Shown piece after piece: positions 1-11,175 of a DNA stretch of 63,233 nt (within the stretch, counting starts at the first letter, position 1; each line of letters begins with the position of its first letter). Origin of the DNA: an uncultured Rhodospirillaceae bacterium. GTDB taxonomy: Bacteria; Pseudomonadota; Alphaproteobacteria; Rhodospirillales; UBA2165. Location of the stretch: positions 1-63,233 of the forward strand of contig CAZXSC010000005.1 of assembly GCA_964643045.1 (NCBI GenBank), read 5' to 3'. The position numbers and the translations under genes were made by a program. The notes beneath the pieces were generated by a model. The model was not told the DNA's origin. It ran no database searches and saw only the letters and a program-made list of their open reading frames with translations.

Positions 1-2
1 AG

Positions 3-683
3 ATAGCTTTGTTCCAAGCTGAAGAAGAAATTATTCCAAATATAACCTTACCAGCCGTAACAGATTGGCTAGAAAACGATCGTTTGAGAGAAGAGTTTGG
101 AGCGATCGGCTTTTATCTTTCTTCTCATCCTTTAGACAGTTATGGTTCTACACTAAGACGTTTGAATATTTTATCCTCTGGACAACTCTTTGAGACAAAG
201 AAATCCGGCTTAGTTAAGATGGCGGGCATGGTAATCTCAAAAAAAGAACGTGTTTCTGCAAAAGGAAACAAGTATGCTTTTGTTCAGCTTTCGGACTCCT
301 CTGGTTCGTATGAAATCACGGTTTTTTCGGATGTCTTGGCAACCAGCCGAGATTTGCTCGAGCCTGGTTCGAAAGTAATTATCCATGGTTCTGCTGAGAA
401 TAAAGACCAGCTGAAGATACTCGCTAACCGTATCAGTCCGCTTGACGATGCTGCGGAAAAAACTAGTACGGGTCTTAGAATATATTCTAATGATATGAGG
501 GTGATAAATGACATAAAAGACGTGCTGAGTAGTGAGATTCCTGGTAGAGGTAAAGTGTCTTTAGTTTCAACATTTAATATGAAAGAGATCGTCATAGACT
601 TGCCAGGAAAATTTCCTGCATCGCCGTCCATAGCTAAAGCATTAAAAGCAATTTCGGGTGTCGATGATGTTCAGGAGATATGA
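3..683 (+). CDS. dnaE: DNA polymerase III alpha subunit, C-terminal part (5' truncated by window)
   Basis: GFYLSSHPLD motif and OB-fold (YAFVQLSDSSGSYEITVFS); frame is open to the window edge. Confidence 0.95.
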   Translation: MALFQAEEEIIPNITLPAVTDWLENDRLREEFGAIGFYLSSHPLDSYGSTLRRLNILSSGQLFETKKSGLVKMAGMVISKKERVSAKGNKYAFVQLSDSSGSYEITVFSDVLATSRDLLEPGSKVIIHGSAENKDQLKILANRISPLDDAAEKTSTGLRIYSNDMRVINDIKDVLSSEIPGRGKVSLVSTFNMKEIVIDLPGKFPASPSIAKALKAISGVDDVQEI

Positions 684-696
684 GCCAATAAACTAT

Positions 697-1377
697 CTAC
701 CATCCTGTGCATTTTTTGATCAGGTTTCTGTAACTTGATGGTGTATCAATTTCTCTATCTCGAACTTCCATCATCCTCTCAATAGGTGCTTGTAGCCTAG
801 AAATGCTGCGTTTCAAATTTCTAAAAGCTGTTTGGCTAGATATTTCCGGAGTTTGGCCAATTCCGGGTGGAAGATTTCGGATAATGTTCCATAACTTCTC
901 TTCAAACTCTCGTTTCAAGGCGGCAATGCCTGAATGATAGATGGCAACATGTTCATGTTCGTGATCAATGATTGAAGAATACTGGCATGAGCCCTTCTGG
1001 TATTTTCCTAATACATACACATCTAGTTTTAAAATTTTAATGGCTATATTCACCGACACAACGCGAGTGCAAAATAAATTCCCGCCTATTTGAAAGGATT
1101 GACCAGCCATATTTAAAATAATTGAGTGTTTTCTAGACGTTAAACCAAGTATTTTTTGGTTTTTGCGTCGACTAGTGGTTTGTTTTGAAAGGTGATTTAG
1201 CTTGTTCTGATTGACGTTTAAATGGTAGCTAGTGCTTTTAGGCATAGTCTTAATAGAAAAACCAATCCTTTTCTTTAGAGAAGGGCAGGCTGGATTAGCG
1301 CGTATTTCATAAGATAGAAAAAACATTATTTGAAGTAAAAGAATTAGACGTAAACATAAAATTCTTAAATTCGCCAT
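697..1377 (-). CDS. Hypothetical exported protein with HExxH motif (possible Zn-dependent peptidase, DUF922-like)
   Basis: 226-aa ORF; hydrophobic N-terminal signal-like segment; IIDHEHEHV motif; four cysteines in the predicted mature part. Family assignment is inference. Confidence 0.6.
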   Translation of the reverse strand: MANLRILCLRLILLLQIMFFLSYEIRANPACPSLKKRIGFSIKTMPKSTSYHLNVNQNKLNHLSKQTTSRRKNQKILGLTSRKHSIILNMAGQSFQIGGNLFCTRVVSVNIAIKILKLDVYVLGKYQKGSCQYSSIIDHEHEHVAIYHSGIAALKREFEEKLWNIIRNLPPGIGQTPEISSQTAFRNLKRSISRLQAPIERMMEVRDREIDTPSSYRNLIKKCTGW

Positions 1378-1519
1378 AGTAATTATTACATAAAGTTGTT
1401 AATTAGATTCCACGAAGGTATTTATTGGGCACTATAACACAATATCAAAGGTTAATGTTGAAGGCCTAAATTTTTATTTTATCCTTGCATTATATTAGTA
1501 AAGAGAATAGATAACCGCT

Positions 1520-1635
1520 TTGAATCCGCACGTGGGCATAGCGGCTATAACGCAAATTCGTTATTCAGTCGCTCCGGTGTTTTGAATAGCTCAAAATAGC
1601 GCCCACGGAGGTACAACCGGAATAGGAATTTACTT
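1520..1635 (+). promoter_or_regulatory. Structured rpsB 5' leader (S2 autoregulatory-type element)
   Basis: Complementary pairs CGTGGGC(1531-37)/GCCCACG(1601-07), AGCGGCT(1540-46)/AGTCGCT(1567-73), and pseudoknot-like TCCGGT(1573-78)/ACCGGA(1616-21). Candidate promoter TTGCAT-N17-TAGATA at 1485-1513. Confidence 0.65.
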
Positions 1636-2487
1636 ATGGCATTGCCTTCTTTCACTATGCGCCAAATGCTTGAGGCTGGTGTTCACTTTGGTCACGTGAC
1701 CCGGCGTTGGAATCCAAGAATGGAACAATTCATTTTTGGAACTCGGCAAAATATACATATCCTTGATCTTCAACAAACCGTGCCCATGATGTATCGTGCT
1801 ATGCAAGCCGTCAATGAGGCTGTAGCCAGTGGCGGAAGAGTGCTTTGGGTTGGCACCAAACGTCAAGCCGCTGAACCAATTTCTGAATCGGCCAAACGTT
1901 GTGGCCAATATTACGTCAACCATCGTTGGCTTGGTGGTATGATGACTAACTGGAAAACTATTTCCAATTCAATTCACCGTTTGAAGACCCTTGAAGAACA
2001 ACTGAGCGAAGGCCATGAAGAAACAATTGGTTTGACCAAAAAAGAATTGCTCAAATTGACAAGAGAGTATGAGAAGTTGGATCGTTCATTGGGCGGTATC
2101 AAAGATATGGGAGGATTGCCTGATATCGTATTTGTCATTGATACCAACAAGGAAAGTATAGCAGTAGCTGAGGCAAACAAACTTGGAATTCCTGTGATAG
2201 GAATTCTAGATAGCAATTCGGATCCAGATGGTATTGATTATCCGATTCCAGGCAATGATGATTCAATCCGGGCAATTAAGTTTTATTGCGATATGATAGC
2301 AGGTTCAGTTTTGTCTGGAATTCAAACCGAAATTGCTGATTCTGGTGCAGATATTGGTGAATTAGAAGTTCCACCGGAGGAAGAAATTCCATCTGAAGGG
2401 TCTGTGGAGGATGCATCTAAAGTGGGCGATTTGGGAAATGAAAATGATATTGCGGTAGATGATTTAAAACAGGATTCCCAGTCTTAG
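1636..2487 (+). CDS. rpsB: 30S ribosomal protein S2
   Basis: [20 protein letters not shown] and [12 protein letters not shown] motifs. Confidence 0.99.
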   Translation: MALPSFTMRQMLEAGVHFGHVTRRWNPRMEQFIFGTRQNIHILDLQQTVPMMYRAMQAVNEAVASGGRVLWVGTKRQAAEPISESAKRCGQYYVNHRWLGGMMTNWKTISNSIHRLKTLEEQLSEGHEETIGLTKKELLKLTREYEKLDRSLGGIKDMGGLPDIVFVIDTNKESIAVAEANKLGIPVIGILDSNSDPDGIDYPIPGNDDSIRAIKFYCDMIAGSVLSGIQTEIADSGADIGELEVPPEEEIPSEGSVEDASKVGDLGNENDIAVDDLKQDSQS

Positions 2488-2534
2488 ATTTGGATGGTTC
2501 TTTTGATAAAATCTTTACAGTATAGGGATTGGAA

Positions 2535-3461
2535 ATGACAGAAGTAACGGCTTCTCTTGTTAAAGAGCTGAGAGAAATTACCGGCGCCGGTATGATGGAT
2601 TGTAAAAAGGCACTAAATGAGAATAGTGCTGATATTGAAGCAGCGGTTGATTGGTTGCGTTCACAAGGGTTAGCGGCGGCTGCTAAAAAATCAGGAAGAG
2701 TTGCATCTGAAGGTTTAGTTGGTGTTATAACATCGGTTAATAAAGGAGCTATCATAGAGCTAAACTCTGAAACTGATTTTGTCGCTCGTAATGACAAATT
2801 CCAGGAAGTCGCGGAGAATATAGTTAAAATAGCTCTGAATGCGCGCGGAGATATTGAAACTTTAAAAACAGCTGAATATCCGGGGGGTGGCTCAGTTTCC
2901 GAACAGCTTACCCAACAGATAGCAACAATCGGCGAAAATTTAGATCTACGTCGCTCAGCTTTTCTTGAAGTGCATGATGGTGTTGTGGTTAGCTACATGC
3001 ATAACGCTATCAAACCAGACCTTGGTAAAATAGGGGTGTTGGTGGCGCTAGAATCATCCGGACCGGCAGAAGAACTTTTGAGTTTTGGAAAACAGGTTGC
3101 AATGCATGTAGCAGCTGCCAACCCGATAGTTCTCAATCGTGATAATGTTAATCCGTCTGATCTAGATAGAGAGAAGACAATATTAATGGAACAAGCGCAA
3201 GTTTCAGGAAAGCCGAAAGAAATTATCGAAAAAATGGTTGAGGGCAGATTAAGCAAATATTACTCGGAAATCTGCTTACTCGAGCAAGCGTTTGTTATGG
3301 ATCCAGACATTACAGTTGAGAAAGCTGTCCAATCTTTAGATTCAAAAATCGGGTCGCCAACAGTCATTGTCGATTTTGTTCGTTTTGCTCTTGGCGATGG
3401 CGTAGAAAAAGAAGAAGAAAATTTTGCTGCTGAAGTCGAAGCTGTAGCAGCCAACCCGTAA
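2535..3461 (+). CDS. tsf: Elongation factor Ts
   Basis: LVKELREITGAGMMDCKKAL and ELNSETDFVA; ATG at 2535 preferred over TTG at 2529. Confidence 0.99.
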   Translation: MTEVTASLVKELREITGAGMMDCKKALNENSADIEAAVDWLRSQGLAAAAKKSGRVASEGLVGVITSVNKGAIIELNSETDFVARNDKFQEVAENIVKIALNARGDIETLKTAEYPGGGSVSEQLTQQIATIGENLDLRRSAFLEVHDGVVVSYMHNAIKPDLGKIGVLVALESSGPAEELLSFGKQVAMHVAAANPIVLNRDNVNPSDLDREKTILMEQAQVSGKPKEIIEKMVEGRLSKYYSEICLLEQAFVMDPDITVEKAVQSLDSKIGSPTVIVDFVRFALGDGVEKEEENFAAEVEAVAANP

Positions 3462-3648
3462 AGACAGGGCCCCTGGAAATTACATGGGGCAGTTCTTTAT
3501 ATATGATGATTGACGATATTCGCTGTTGATAGATTTTGTAGTTTAGGCATTTTTGTGATGGTGTATGATCGGGCTAGATATTAGCTATATTTTTTGTACA
3601 AATATAGTTTAGACGGTCGTTTGAAAGATTGAATAGGAAATCTCTGCT

Positions 3649-4374
3649 ATGCCAAATAATGCACCAAAATATAAGAGGGTTTTACTAAAACTCTCAGGTG
3701 AAGCACTTATGGGGCAAAGTAAATATGGCTTTGATCCAGATGCAATGGATCGAATTTCTCATGAGATAAAATTAGTTTGTGAAAAGAAGGTTCAAGTTTG
3801 CATAGTAATTGGTGCTGGTAATATCTTTAGAGGGTTAAAAGGTGTCTCCGCGGGATTAGATAGATCAAGTGCCGATTATATGGGAATGTTGGCAACCGTG
3901 ATGAACGCGATAGGTATTCAATCCGTTCTGGAAAAAATGGGGGTTACTACACGCGTCCTCTCTGCTATCCCAATGTCGAATGTATGTGAGCCATATATTC
4001 GCCGACGAGCTGAGCGGCACATGGAAAAAGGGCGTGTTATTATATGTGCTGCCGGTACAGGCAATCCATACTTTACAACAGATACCGCTGCTGCATTGCG
4101 TGCTGCCGAAATGAATTGTGATGCCCTATTAAAAGGTACTCAAGTCGATGGAGTTTACAATGCTGATCCTAATATCGTTGCGTCGGCAGTTCGATACGAT
4201 AGTCTTTCATACGAAGAAGTCTTGTCAGCTAATTTGAAGATCATGGATGCTTCTGCTATTTCTTTATGTCGGGAAAACTCTATCCCAATTATTGTTTTTT
4301 CGATACAGTCAATAGGGAGCTTTGGAAATGTTATCACAGGTAAGGGAAAATCTACTATAATTTTTGAAGGATAA
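3649..4374 (+). CDS. pyrH: Uridylate kinase
   Basis: [13 protein letters not shown] and [17 protein letters not shown]; conserved tsf-pyrH-frr order. Confidence 0.99.
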   Translation: MPNNAPKYKRVLLKLSGEALMGQSKYGFDPDAMDRISHEIKLVCEKKVQVCIVIGAGNIFRGLKGVSAGLDRSSADYMGMLATVMNAIGIQSVLEKMGVTTRVLSAIPMSNVCEPYIRRRAERHMEKGRVIICAAGTGNPYFTTDTAAALRAAEMNCDALLKGTQVDGVYNADPNIVASAVRYDSLSYEEVLSANLKIMDASAISLCRENSIPIIVFSIQSIGSFGNVITGKGKSTIIFEG

Positions 4375-4380
4375 GGTCAG

Positions 4381-4941
4381 ATGGATTTTCAAGCAGAAAA
4401 AAAAGATATAATGCGTCGAATGGAGGGCGCGATGGAGGTTCTTCATCGTGAATTTAGTGGTCTACGCTCTGGCAGGGCGTCCGCGAGTTTATTAGAGCCC
4501 ATTATGGTAGATGCTTATGGTCAGCAAATGCCTATAAGCCAAGTTGGAACAATTAGCATACCAGAACCAAGGATGTTAACTGTTCAAGTTTGGGATAAAA
4601 GCCTTGTATCCAATGTAGAAAAAGCCATTCGCGATTCGGATCTTGGTCTGAACCCAGCTCAAGATGGGTTGCTCGTGCGTGTACCAATACCTCCACTTAA
4701 TGAGGAACGTCGTGTTGAAATTACTAGAATTGCTGGCAAGTATACTGAAGAAAGCCGTGTGGCTCTCCGAAATGTGCGTCGTCACGCCATGGACGAGTTA
4801 AAGAAGGCAGAAAAAAATGGAGAAATTTCTCAAGATGAGCATCGTAATTATGACGGTGAAATCCAGCAAGTAACTGATGAATTCGTTCAGAAAGTTGATA
4901 AAGCTCTCGAAAAAAAGGAGCAGGAGATCATGCAGGTTTAG
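4381..4941 (+). CDS. frr: Ribosome recycling factor
   Basis: [11 protein letters not shown] and PPLNEERR motifs. Confidence 0.99.
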   Translation: MDFQAEKKDIMRRMEGAMEVLHREFSGLRSGRASASLLEPIMVDAYGQQMPISQVGTISIPEPRMLTVQVWDKSLVSNVEKAIRDSDLGLNPAQDGLLVRVPIPPLNEERRVEITRIAGKYTEESRVALRNVRRHAMDELKKAEKNGEISQDEHRNYDGEIQQVTDEFVQKVDKALEKKEQEIMQV

Positions 4942-4964
4942 CTTTTTTAGAATCTAGGAATACA

Positions 4965-5702
4965 ATGATGACTGCGCAACTATCCTTCAAGAGTTCTGAT
5001 CAAGTCATTCCATCTCATATAGCAATTATTATGGATGGAAATGGCCGATGGGCTACATCCCGAGGCTTGCCAAGGATGGCTGGTCATAAGCGCGGTGCCG
5101 ATGCAGCAAGGGAAACAATTAAAAGTGCCATTGATTACGGGGTCAGGTATTTAACTCTTTTTTGCTTCTCGTCAGAAAACTGGAAAAGACCAGTTGACGA
5201 GGTTAATGAATTAATGAGCCTTTTGCGTGGATATCTTATTAATGAAATTGAAGAGTTGCAAAAGAATGGTGTTCGACTTCGTGTCATTGGACAGCGATTA
5301 GATTTAAGTGCTGACATTGTTGAATTAATTGAGGAGTCTGAGCGACGGACTGCAAATAACACCGTCATTGATTTAATAATAGCGCTAAGTTACGGCAGCC
5401 GCGCAGATATTACGAATGCTGCTAGAATTTTGGCAAGAAAATCAGTTATAGGGGATATAGAAGTTGATGAAATTGATGAAGAAATGATTAATAAATATCT
5501 TTCTACTGGTGATGTGCCCGATCCTGATTTACTCATACGCACAAGTGGGGAAAAGAGAATTAGTAACTTTCTACTCTGGCAATTAGCCTATTCAGAATTG
5601 GTATTTATCGACTGTTTGTGGCCCGATTTTGATGAAACAGCATTCGCCAATGCAATTTCCGAATTTAGTCGTCGTGAAAGACGTTATGGGGCGACAAAGT
5701 GA
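4965..5702 (+). CDS. uppS: Undecaprenyl diphosphate synthase
   Basis: HIAIIMDGNGRWA, FSSENWKRP and DLLIRTSGEKRISNFLLWQ motifs. Confidence 0.98.
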   Translation: MMTAQLSFKSSDQVIPSHIAIIMDGNGRWATSRGLPRMAGHKRGADAARETIKSAIDYGVRYLTLFCFSSENWKRPVDEVNELMSLLRGYLINEIEELQKNGVRLRVIGQRLDLSADIVELIEESERRTANNTVIDLIIALSYGSRADITNAARILARKSVIGDIEVDEIDEEMINKYLSTGDVPDPDLLIRTSGEKRISNFLLWQLAYSELVFIDCLWPDFDETAFANAISEFSRRERRYGATK

Positions 5703-5728
5703 GTGATTATTGAGGCGGTATCAAACTT

Positions 5729-6388
5729 ATGATAACTCGTAGTATTTCTGCATTAGTAATGTTGGTAATAGTTGTTGGTGCAATAGGGCTTGGTTCGCCT
5801 TACTTTGAAGGAATGGTCATTTTTGTCGGTATAGCAGCCACAATTGAATGGTCTAAATTAATAACTGTTAATAAGTCAGGAGTGTCTAGAATAACCTATA
5901 TTTTATTAGGCGTTGTATACATATTAACGCCTTGCTTAATACTAATGTGGTTAAGAAATAATGGCCCCAATGGAGAGTATTTTGTCATCTGGTTCCTGTC
6001 CATTATTTGGGCCACAGATATTGGGGCATATTTGTTTGGCAAATTTATTGGCGGATATAAACTAGCACCGAAAATCAGCCCGAATAAAACATGGGCAGGA
6101 TTCTTTGGAGGAGTTCTGATGGCGTTAATAGCAAGTTGGTTGGTAGATAAACATTTATATTCTTTTGCAGATTTTCTACCTCTTATTCTAGCAAGCGTTA
6201 TCTTGTCGGTGATGGGTCAAATAGGTGATTTATTTGAGTCCGTGTGTAAACGAAAATTTGAAGTTAAAGACACAGGCAAGTTGATACCGGGTCACGGAGG
6301 CATCTTAGATCGAGTTGATTCTGCCCTTCTCAGTGCACCAATTGCTGGTATTATTGCCATTGTCTTTGAAATAGGCGAAGTACCTTAA
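5729..6388 (+). CDS. cdsA: Phosphatidate cytidylyltransferase
   Basis: ISPNKTWAG and KDTGKLIPGHGGILDRVDS signatures. Confidence 0.97.
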   Translation: MITRSISALVMLVIVVGAIGLGSPYFEGMVIFVGIAATIEWSKLITVNKSGVSRITYILLGVVYILTPCLILMWLRNNGPNGEYFVIWFLSIIWATDIGAYLFGKFIGGYKLAPKISPNKTWAGFFGGVLMALIASWLVDKHLYSFADFLPLILASVILSVMGQIGDLFESVCKRKFEVKDTGKLIPGHGGILDRVDSALLSAPIAGIIAIVFEIGEVP

Positions 6389-6390
6389 TA

Positions 6391-7587
6391 ATGAAGGTGT
6401 CTCATGATCTAAATTACATTGCTAATTTGCAACGCACTGTCACGATCCTTGGTTCGACTGGCTCAATAGGTTGTAGCACTCTAAATTTGATTAGACATAC
6501 GCCTAGCAACTTTGATCTCATCGCACTTACGGGTAATCAAAATGTTAAATTATTAATTGAACAAGCTCTTCTGTTTAAACCGAAATTTGCCGTGATTGGT
6601 AATGAAACTCTCTATGGTGAACTAAAGGCTGGATTAAATGGAACCGGAGTTCAAGTTGCTGCTGGCAAAACCGCCTTGATCGAAGCAGCGCAAATGGATT
6701 CTGATATTGTAGTTGCAGGTATCGTCGGTATTGCGGGTCTATTTCCAACTATAACAGCGGTCAAAAGAGGCTCCATTGTTGCATTAGCCAATAAGGAGTG
6801 TCTAGTTTGCTCCGGAACTCTTCTACTCGATGAAATTGAATGCAGTGGGGCGACATTGATACCTATTGATTCCGAACACAACGCAATCTTCCAGGTTTTT
6901 AATTTTAATCAAGCATCAAGTGTAGATCGTTTGACACTGACAGCATCCGGGGGTCCATTTATTTTTACTTCTCTTGAAGAGATGAAAAAGGTTACGCCTT
7001 CACAAGCTACCAATCATCCAAATTGGGACATGGGTTCTAAGATTTCCGTTGATTCGGCTACTATGATGAACAAAGGATTAGAGTTAATAGAAGCATTCTA
7101 TTTGTTTCCTGTGGAAGAAAATCAAATTGAAATTATTGTCCACCCTCAATCTGTCGTTCATAGTATGGTAAGCTATAAAGATGGTTCAGTTCTTGCGCAA
7201 ATGGGAGCTCCTGACATGCGTACGCCAATTTCATATGCGTTGGCTTGGCCGCATCGAATGAGCACCCCTACCCAAAGACTTGACCTAACGGAAATAGCCG
7301 AATTAACTTTTTATAAGCCAGATCTAAATCGCTTCCCAGCTTTAATGCTAGCTCGAGATGCCTTGATATCGGGAAAAGCCATGCCTACAATATTAAACGC
7401 CGCAAATGAAATTGGTGTTGAGTATTTTCTCAATGGTAGGATAGGCTTCCTTGACATAACGCGCGTAACTGAGGAAGTATTAAATCGTGTACCAAATAGT
7501 CCTCTAAAGGAGTTAAATGATATCGCTCTTTGTGATAAAGATGCCCGTAAAATGGCAGAAGAGGTAGCTAATTCATTTGCTAAATAG
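6391..7587 (+). CDS. dxr: 1-deoxy-D-xylulose-5-phosphate reductoisomerase
   Basis: ILGSTGSIG, LANKE, PIDSEH and HPNWDMGSKISVDSATMMNKGLE motifs. Confidence 0.99.
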   Translation: MKVSHDLNYIANLQRTVTILGSTGSIGCSTLNLIRHTPSNFDLIALTGNQNVKLLIEQALLFKPKFAVIGNETLYGELKAGLNGTGVQVAAGKTALIEAAQMDSDIVVAGIVGIAGLFPTITAVKRGSIVALANKECLVCSGTLLLDEIECSGATLIPIDSEHNAIFQVFNFNQASSVDRLTLTASGGPFIFTSLEEMKKVTPSQATNHPNWDMGSKISVDSATMMNKGLELIEAFYLFPVEENQIEIIVHPQSVVHSMVSYKDGSVLAQMGAPDMRTPISYALAWPHRMSTPTQRLDLTEIAELTFYKPDLNRFPALMLARDALISGKAMPTILNAANEIGVEYFLNGRIGFLDITRVTEEVLNRVPNSPLKELNDIALCDKDARKMAEEVANSFAK

Positions 7588-7627
7588 CGAACTTTCACAG
7601 TTATTAAAAATATTTTCGGGATATGAA

Positions 7628-8806
7628 ATGGATGTATTAACCATTATTTTGAGCAAGCTAAGTTTTATTTGGGAAATCGGAGTTCCGTTTTTAGTAGCTT
7701 TGACTCTTTTGGTGTTTGTGCATGAACTGGGACATTACATGGTTGCCAGGTGGTGCGATGTGAAAGTTGAGGTATTTTCTATTGGTTTTGGACCCGAATT
7801 AAAGGGATGGAATGATCGGCAGGGTACAAGATGGAAAATAAGTGCGCTACCTTTAGGTGGGTATGTAAAAATGTTTGGTGAAAGCGGATCACTTCTTGAG
7901 AATGATACTGAAGAAGAGCGTGATTTTACCCCGGAAGAGCAAAAGGTATCTTTCTATCATAAGAGTTTGCTCCAACGTTCCGCCATAGTTTTTGCGGGCC
8001 CGTTCATTAATTTTGTATTTGCTGTGATAGTTTTTGCAGGACTGTTTACGTTTTTAGGCGTCCCAGACCCGGTATCACAGAAACCACTGGCGATTGTCGG
8101 TAAAGTTTCGGCCGGTAGTGCGGCCGATGTTGGCGGACTAATGTCCGGAGATCAAATTGTCAATATTGATGGGAATAGGATTATTTATTTTTCCGAGTTG
8201 CAAAGATTAATTCGAGAGAGGCCGGATACGGACATTTCGATCACCATTATACGGGCGGGAGAAGATTTAAAGCTTGACTTAGTTACTGGTTCAAAAAATG
8301 GGAAAAATAGTTCTGGAAAATCTGTCAAAATTGGCTTGCTTGGCATTTCAGTCCTTGCTAGCAAAATAAAATATGAGCGCCAAAATCCACTAGTAGCGAT
8401 AGGGCTTGCGGTTGAACGCACTTTTGCTTTTACAGCCAGAATTCTAATCTATATATGGGATATTATAACTGCTAAACAGTCAGCGGAAGAACTTGGTGGG
8501 GTGTTGCGAATAGCACAAATTTCTGGACAAGTAGCGGAACTAGGTATAGCAAGTTTTGTTTCGTTTTTAGCAATTCTTTCTATTAATTTGGGATTGATTA
8601 ATCTATTTCCCATCCCCTTGCTTGATGGCGGTCATTTGGCTTTTTATGTGATTGAAGCAGTTCGAGGGCGTCCTTTAGGGCCTAGAGCCCAAGAATTTGG
8701 GTTTAAGGTTGGACTTGCTTTGGTTGGGGGGTTATTTCTGTTTGTCACTTGGAATGATCTTGTGTATCTAAAGTTTTTTGAGGCGATCGCTAATATATTT
8801 ACATAA
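7628..8806 (+). CDS. rseP: RIP metalloprotease RseP
   Basis: VHELGH zinc motif, PDZ region and NLFPIPLLDGG; ATG at 7628 chosen to avoid overlap with dxr. Confidence 0.97.
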   Translation: MDVLTIILSKLSFIWEIGVPFLVALTLLVFVHELGHYMVARWCDVKVEVFSIGFGPELKGWNDRQGTRWKISALPLGGYVKMFGESGSLLENDTEEERDFTPEEQKVSFYHKSLLQRSAIVFAGPFINFVFAVIVFAGLFTFLGVPDPVSQKPLAIVGKVSAGSAADVGGLMSGDQIVNIDGNRIIYFSELQRLIRERPDTDISITIIRAGEDLKLDLVTGSKNGKNSSGKSVKIGLLGISVLASKIKYERQNPLVAIGLAVERTFAFTARILIYIWDIITAKQSAEELGGVLRIAQISGQVAELGIASFVSFLAILSINLGLINLFPIPLLDGGHLAFYVIEAVRGRPLGPRAQEFGFKVGLALVGGLFLFVTWNDLVYLKFFEAIANIFT

Positions 8807-8898
8807 ACTGTTGAATCGTTAGAAAAATTTGTGGAATTGCGTGATTTTGGTTCGGTTTTTGTGTAAAGTCCTAACAGACTTGTTTAAGGAGTTTCTTA

Positions 8899-11172
8899 TT
8901 GAAGTTGATTAGAATAATGGCGTTGAGAAGTGCCTTAGTTTTGGCTGTTTTATTGCCTTTCTCGGCTCTAAGTCAAAATGTAGGCGTAATCAAACAAATT
9001 GCAATCCAAGGTACTAAAAGAATCGAGAATAGTACGGTTCGCTCTTATTTGCTTCTGCAAGAGGGAGATATATTTGATCGGCGTCGGATCGATCAGTCGT
9101 TGAAAAGTTTATATGCAACTGGATTATTTGCCGATGTAGTGATTGGTCAGAAGGGAAAAACTTTAATTATTAAGGTTGTCGAAAATCCTATCATTAATCG
9201 AATTGCATTTGAGGGTAATAGACGGATTGAAGATAATGATTTGAGAAATGAAATTATTCTACGGCCTCGGGTTGTATTTACCAGGACTAAAGTACAGGCT
9301 GATGTTAAGAGAATACTTGAAGTGTATAGGGTCAACGGCCGTTTTGCAGCCTCTGTGGTTCCGAAAATTATACAATTACCACAGAATCGGGCTGATCTTG
9401 TTTTTGAGATTAATGAAGGTCCGTTAACAAGGGTACAGAGTATCAAGTTTATTGGTAATAAGTTTGAAAGTGATTCTGATCTTCGTGGCATTATCCGTAG
9501 CAAAGAGACCCGCTGGTATCGATTTTATTCTTCGGATGATACGTATGACCCTGATCGTTTGAACCTAGATCGTGAGTTGCTACGACGTCATTATTTGTCA
9601 AAAGGATATGCTGCCTTCCGGGTTAATTCGGCTGTTGGTGAACTGACCCCTGACGGTAAGGCTTTTTTCATCACTTTTAATATTAATGAGGGTGCGCGTT
9701 ATAAATTTGGCAAAATTGACGTATCGGCCGATATGCGAGGCATTGATAGAAAAAAATTAATTAGACTGATTGGATTTAAATCCGGCGATAGGTATGACTA
9801 TAGAGAAGTTGATAAGGCCGTAGATGCTTTCACGGATGCTGTCGGGAGCCTTGGTTTTGCATTTGTTGAAGTAAAGCCTCGTGCTAGCCGCGACCGGAAA
9901 AATAAGGTGATAAATCTTACGTTCCAGATTCAAGAGGGTCCTCGGGTTTATATTGAGCGAATAGATATTACTGGTAATGTTAGGACGATTGACGAGGTTG
10001 TTCGAAGGGAAATTCAATTGTCTGAGGGCGATGCCTACAATGCTTCCAAAATTCGTCGAGGACGTCAGAAAATTCAAGATTTAAATTATTTTGGTAAAGT
10101 TGACTTGAAAACAATACGCGGTAGTGCGGCTGACAAGACGATTATCAAAGTTGATGTTGAGGAGAAATCAACCGGCTCATTGAATTTGGGAGCAGGTTAT
10201 TCAACCGACGTAGGTCCTCTTGTTGATTTTGGTTTGAAGGAGAAAAATCTTTTAGGTAAAGGGCAAATCTTGAGTTTTAACGCTTCATTCGCAGGAAAAA
10301 GGTCTACAGCTAGTGTGTCATTTACTGAGCCGTACTTTCTTAGCCGGGATGTTAGTGCTGGATTTGATGTGTACCATACAAAGCAAAACCGTCAGTCAGA
10401 AAGTTCTTATGATTCTACTAAAACAGGGTTTGGTTTGCGGTCTAGTTTTCCAGTGGCACCACATTTACGTCAAGGTTTGCGGTATAAAGCAGAATCAGCA
10501 AAGATTGAAAATGTTTCTTCGTCGGCGTCTAACTTGATTAAGACGCAAAAAGGTTCTCGTTTCTTATCTGAAATAGGGCATAGCCTAGCATATGATCGAC
10601 GCGACAGTCGACTACGGCCAAAGGATGGATATCTAGTAAAAATGATGAACGATGTCGCGGGTTTGGGTGGAAATGTTCGGTATTTCCGCAACCAACTAAA
10701 AGCGGCGCACTATAATGAATTAGCCACAAATTATATCTTCAGTCTCGGTGGTCAAGTAGGACATATTCTTGGAATTAGCCAAGATGTAAAAATTCCGGAT
10801 CGCTTTGTACTTGGCGGCAAAAATTTGAGAGGTTTTGCAAATGTTGGTGCGGGACCCAGAGATATAGTGACGGATGATTCTCTTGGTGGTGAGTGGATTT
10901 ATTTTGGTTCTACACAATTAGAATTTCCTCTTGGATTACCGAATGAGCTTGGGATTTCTGGCAGATTATTCAGTGACTTTGGTAGCTTAGGTTCTGTTAA
11001 CCCTTCAAATTCAAATATAAAGGATACCGGCAACGTGAGGGTATCGGCGGGTGCTGGTCTCGGTTGGATTTCGCCATTTGGTCCTATTAATGTTGACCTT
11101 GGCTGGGCTCTAAAAAAAGAATCTTATGATAAAACAGAGCTTTTCAGATTCAATTTCGGAACGAGGTTTTAA
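8899..11172 (+). CDS. bamA: Outer membrane protein assembly factor BamA
   Basis: POTRA-like repeats, LRGF loop and C-terminal FRFNFGTRF beta-signal. Confidence 0.98.
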   Translation: MKLIRIMALRSALVLAVLLPFSALSQNVGVIKQIAIQGTKRIENSTVRSYLLLQEGDIFDRRRIDQSLKSLYATGLFADVVIGQKGKTLIIKVVENPIINRIAFEGNRRIEDNDLRNEIILRPRVVFTRTKVQADVKRILEVYRVNGRFAASVVPKIIQLPQNRADLVFEINEGPLTRVQSIKFIGNKFESDSDLRGIIRSKETRWYRFYSSDDTYDPDRLNLDRELLRRHYLSKGYAAFRVNSAVGELTPDGKAFFITFNINEGARYKFGKIDVSADMRGIDRKKLIRLIGFKSGDRYDYREVDKAVDAFTDAVGSLGFAFVEVKPRASRDRKNKVINLTFQIQEGPRVYIERIDITGNVRTIDEVVRREIQLSEGDAYNASKIRRGRQKIQDLNYFGKVDLKTIRGSAADKTIIKVDVEEKSTGSLNLGAGYSTDVGPLVDFGLKEKNLLGKGQILSFNASFAGKRSTASVSFTEPYFLSRDVSAGFDVYHTKQNRQSESSYDSTKTGFGLRSSFPVAPHLRQGLRYKAESAKIENVSSSASNLIKTQKGSRFLSEIGHSLAYDRRDSRLRPKDGYLVKMMNDVAGLGGNVRYFRNQLKAAHYNELATNYIFSLGGQVGHILGISQDVKIPDRFVLGGKNLRGFANVGAGPRDIVTDDSLGGEWIYFGSTQLEFPLGLPNELGISGRLFSDFGSLGSVNPSNSNIKDTGNVRVSAGAGLGWISPFGPINVDLGWALKKESYDKTELFRFNFGTRF

Positions 11173-11175
11173 ATA

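Noticed and set aside
5699-5728. In-frame GTG..TGA upstream of cdsA, possible recoded N-terminal extension
   Set aside because: No redox motif or hairpin; CdsA looks complete from ATG 5729.
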